A stretch of 64,000 nt of DNA from Chrysomallon squamiferum (taxonomy: Eukaryota > Animalia > Mollusca). Positions 60,318 through 64,000 of the stretch are shown in pieces; within the stretch, counting starts at the first letter, position 1; each line of letters starts with the position of its first letter. A program made the position numbers and the translations under genes. Location: NCBI GenBank assembly GCA_012295275.1, contig CM022672.1, positions 19,282,001-19,346,000 on the forward strand, given 5' to 3'. The notes under the pieces are model-generated. The model saw only the letters and a list, made by a program, of their open reading frames with translations. It was not told the DNA's origin and searched no databases.

Positions 60318-62905
60318 ATGCCTGCAGCCAGTCTCCTAGTAAATGAAACTGACATTATCAAGCTCATTTGTGAGTTTCTTCAGAACAGATTCCTTAATAT
60401 ATCAATGCTTTCTGTTGAGAGAGAGACTGGGGTTATCAATGGAAGTTATTCGGATGACATGCTCTTTCTGAGACAGCTTATTCTTGATGGGCAGTGGGAT
60501 GATGTAATGGACTTCATTCAGCCTTTGAAATCTGTGAATACATTTCCAGTACAGCAGTTTCAATTCATAATTATGAAACACAAGTATCTGGAACTTCTTT
60601 GTATCAAGTCTGAGCCAAATGTCATGCAGAATTATGAAGTCACTGTCGAAGAAGTTGTAAAATGTTTGAATCTTCTTGAGAACATTTGTCCCACCAAGGA
60701 AGAGTACAGCAATTTGTGTTTCCTTCTATCCTTGCCAAGACTGTCTGACCATGCTGATTACCAGAACTGGAATCCAAGCAATGCCCGTGTGCAGTGTTTC
60801 AAAGACTGTTTTCCACTTGTTGAAAAGTTCTTACCGGTTGACAAAACGAGCAGTCCCAAAAATCTGGTAGCACAAAATGATCGCCTGCTGCAGCTTGTAC
60901 TGAAGGGTCTGCTGTATGAGTCTTGTGTTGAATACTGCCAGCAGCAGGCCACCAGTGGGGAATGCAGAATCAACTTTTCAGATGTGCTGACTGACACAGG
61001 ATTCAGTGATGCTGACCTCAGTCTTATTTCATGGCTACAGAGCATACCCTATGAGACATTTTCCTGTCCCTTTGAGCAGCAGCCATTGAACATTGATGTT
61101 AGACCTTTCGCTAAGCCATCTCTGGAAGCTTCCTGGTCAGAGCAAATTCTTTTGACCCCAATAAAACCTAAAATGTTCCCACATTCAGCAGTGCCTGCTC
61201 AGAGACCAAGATCAGCAGAGATTATGACACGTTCATTAAACCCTCAGTTTGATGGCCTAAACAGTGGACTGTGGCAGGGAAGGCGGGACAACATGTCCAC
61301 TTCAACTGAATTCACAGCACTTTCACGGTCCATTGCTCCTGGATCCAATCTGAACACATCTCAGAAAAACCAAATGCTAATGTCCGTGGACAAACTGTTT
61401 TCAGCTGGTGAAATCCTAGACACTCACACATCGTTCAGTGAAGATACAGTTTCTTCCCCAAGATTATCTGCAGTTGTACAGACTCCCCCAAGGACAGCAA
61501 CTCCTCCATCTGACAGTGTAAGGCAGCAGGGACAGTCAGGTGTGAACATAACACCACCGCAGTCATCTTCACCATCACGGAGTGTATCGATGGCATCAAG
61601 AGCATCTCAGAGAAGTGCTGCATATGACCCAGCAACCGACTCCAGCAGTGAGCTGTATAAAGAGTATCAACGTCAGCGACAACGGCTGATGGAGCAACTC
61701 AAAATCCAGGAGAAGCAGAGACAGCTGTGTCAGAAGGAGCTGCAGGAGCTTGAATACAAGCAGAAAAATCTAAGCATTGACAACAGATACCAAGATGATT
61801 TGCCCATCTCACAGAATATTGTTTCAAATGTGACCACTAAGATACCTGACCATCTTGTGCAAGGTAATTTTGAAACATCATGTAATAACATAAATGTAAT
61901 TAGATAACCTATACAGTTACTGTAAATTTATTTATTTATTTTTTAAATGGTACTGAATTACTTTATATTTCTGTGTTTGCATCTGATCAGTTATATTATG
62001 TATCATTTAATTTCTTACTTTGTACTGGTAATGTTTGCAAGATTTATAGAAGATTTTATTTTTATTTTTGTTGCTTTTTTTTATGAATATGAATATTTCT
62101 TATTAAGGCTGAGTGTACAAATTTTTTTTTTTTTTTTTCCATCGTTGTAAACTTTAGTTAAGTGAGCTTTGTTTCATTTGTTCATGTCTGAAAATATTGC
62201 ATGTTAATGTTTTGCCTGATTTGATTTTTGATACAGTCATTATTTCATTGTGTATTTATTTTTTTATTTTTTTTTTTATCAGACACTACAGAAATCACTA
62301 CAAATAGCTTACCAAATAATGTCACTCAACAACACACACCACAAACATCCATAGATCATGGTCAGTCAAGCATACCACACATCCGACAGAAACCAGTTGG
62401 ACCCATTCTTAACGTAGACAAGAACTTCAACAGTCGCATACCATCCCCCATACCACCAGGTAATTCTGTTCCTATCAGTAAATCCTCTAAACCTTCCCTC
62501 ACATTACAACTTCAGGATAACTTTCAGTATTTTGGCAAAAGTAAAAGTGCCGATAACACCCCATCACCGTCGTTTCAAAGACGCACCATTCTGCACAGTA
62601 AAAACCCACCATCCCCATCCCCCGATGTGGCAGGTTCTCTAGAATCATCAGTTGTTGATGACAAAAGCTTAAATGGCAAAGAGGTGCCTGGTTCAGGCAG
62701 AGTTGGAGCTAGTAGTAGACTTGAAGGCAAAGCCTAGAGGCGATGTTGCCAGTCCAGCATTGGGTAAAAAAAGTCCCAGTGTTAATAATTCTCCTTCACC
62801 TGCTAAGAAGCTTCCAAAATCTCAGAAGACAATCGGTGGTCGTAGCTATGGTCGGAGTATTAGTGTCCCAGATTCTGCAAGGTCAAGGACATTACCACTG
62901 CCAGG
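60318..62905 (+). CDS. WDR47: WD repeat-containing protein 47 (LisH-CTLH N-terminus), 5' partial; gene continues beyond the window
   Basis: ETDIIKLICEFL..SMLSVERETGVING.YSDDMLFLRQLILDGQWDDV and NDRLLQLVLKGLLYESCVEYCQ match WDR47. Coding exon 60318-61863 is followed by an exon starting at 62283, with candidate donors at 62460 or about 62906. The WD repeats are not in the window. Confidence 0.93.
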
Positions 62906-64000
62906 TATAAACGTTTGGCATGGTGGTTACTGTTTAGAATTGATACTTAACTAACATTTAGATTCCTAAAAATTATTTTTGAACTTTCCTGTAGGAATTT
63001 TTAAATTTTTTTTAAATTTATTTATTTACTTATTTTATTTATTTAACAATTTTTAACATTATTTTTAATTAATTAAAAATTTATATATTTCTGAAATTAA
63101 TAATTCTCCTTCAAGCTCATGACTCATTTTCAGTTTATTGCATGTTTGCATGGGTGGCCCTCATCCCAGAAAATTACTGTTTTAATCAAGTAGTATCTTA
63201 GCATAAGCATTTAGTTGATTATTAACATCTTTGTATCTGTTTTAATCATTGTTTTAAATATTTGACTTCAGTTTGTGTTTGTCTTATAACACAAATTTGT
63301 TTTTTAATTAAAGTTATTAATATGATTGCAAACTTATATCATTCCTTTTTATTATTATTACTATTTTTTATTTGTTTGTTTTTTTTTAAATTTATTTTAT
63401 GGTTGTTCTTGATACATTAATTTTCAAAAATCAAAAAATTAAAAATATAAAATAAAATCTTGTTATGGTAGATTTTGCTTGTAAGGGTTATCTTAGTATG
63501 ATAGGTTCGTAGGTTATAAAGTAACCAAGCAATGCTACAGAAAGGTTATATAATCCTTGTTATTTACTAGAAATTTCTGGGGAAAAAAACAAAAACCTTC
63601 TCAGTTTTTAATGTTAATGAAGACGATATGATTAACACAAACAGTTTGGTAAAATGATTAATACTAATAGTTTCTGAAGAAATTAAACTGTGATTAGTGT
63701 TGAGAACGAAAATATCAGCATCATGACTTTCATCAGTTGGTTTAAATTAATGTTGTAGATTATATGTATGTATATATTTATCATTGTTAATGAAAGTGCC
63801 CTTGGTGGTTATAGAAGGGTTTTAGGTGTGATATGTCACTGGATCAGTCCCCATCACTGTAATTTCCCAGTTCTTTGAAAAACAGAACAAGAACAGTAAT
63901 TAATACATACTTCCCTCTTTATATAAAATATGTTGAAGTTGTAGGTAACAGACAGGTCTGTTTTAACATAACCTAATTAATATAATTAGGTATTCATGAA

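Overview
AT-rich, gene-dense animal genomic DNA. The intron style and microsatellites suggest an invertebrate, plausibly a mollusc, but the taxon cannot be fixed from sequence. I reconstructed nine protein-coding genes by hand: KIFAP3 (-, 17 coding exons), NTMT1 (+), RPL35 (-), ARPC5 (+), an intronless FKBP-TPR/FKBPL-like gene (-), GOLGA1/golgin-97 (+, 20 coding exons), an unrecognised multi-pass membrane ORF (-), a 1185-aa C2H2 zinc-finger gene (+), and the 5' part of WDR47 (+). The first eight form four consecutive head-to-head pairs. There is one Tc1/mariner-type MITE and many microsatellites. I found no unambiguous novel biological system. The best leads are: (1) three minor-spliceosome (U12) introns, including a rare AT-AA intron in ARPC5, a gene that also has a GC-AG intron; (2) a candidate 6-nt microexon in the loop of a hairpin in RPL35 intron 1; (3) RPL35-ARPC5-GOLGA1 microsynteny matching human 9q33.3; (4) an apparent +1 frameshift at a stop codon in WDR47; (5) a TAATG stop-start uORF on the orphan membrane gene; (6) two CRE doublets with identical 25-bp spacing; (7) a four-copy peptide motif in the zinc-finger protein.
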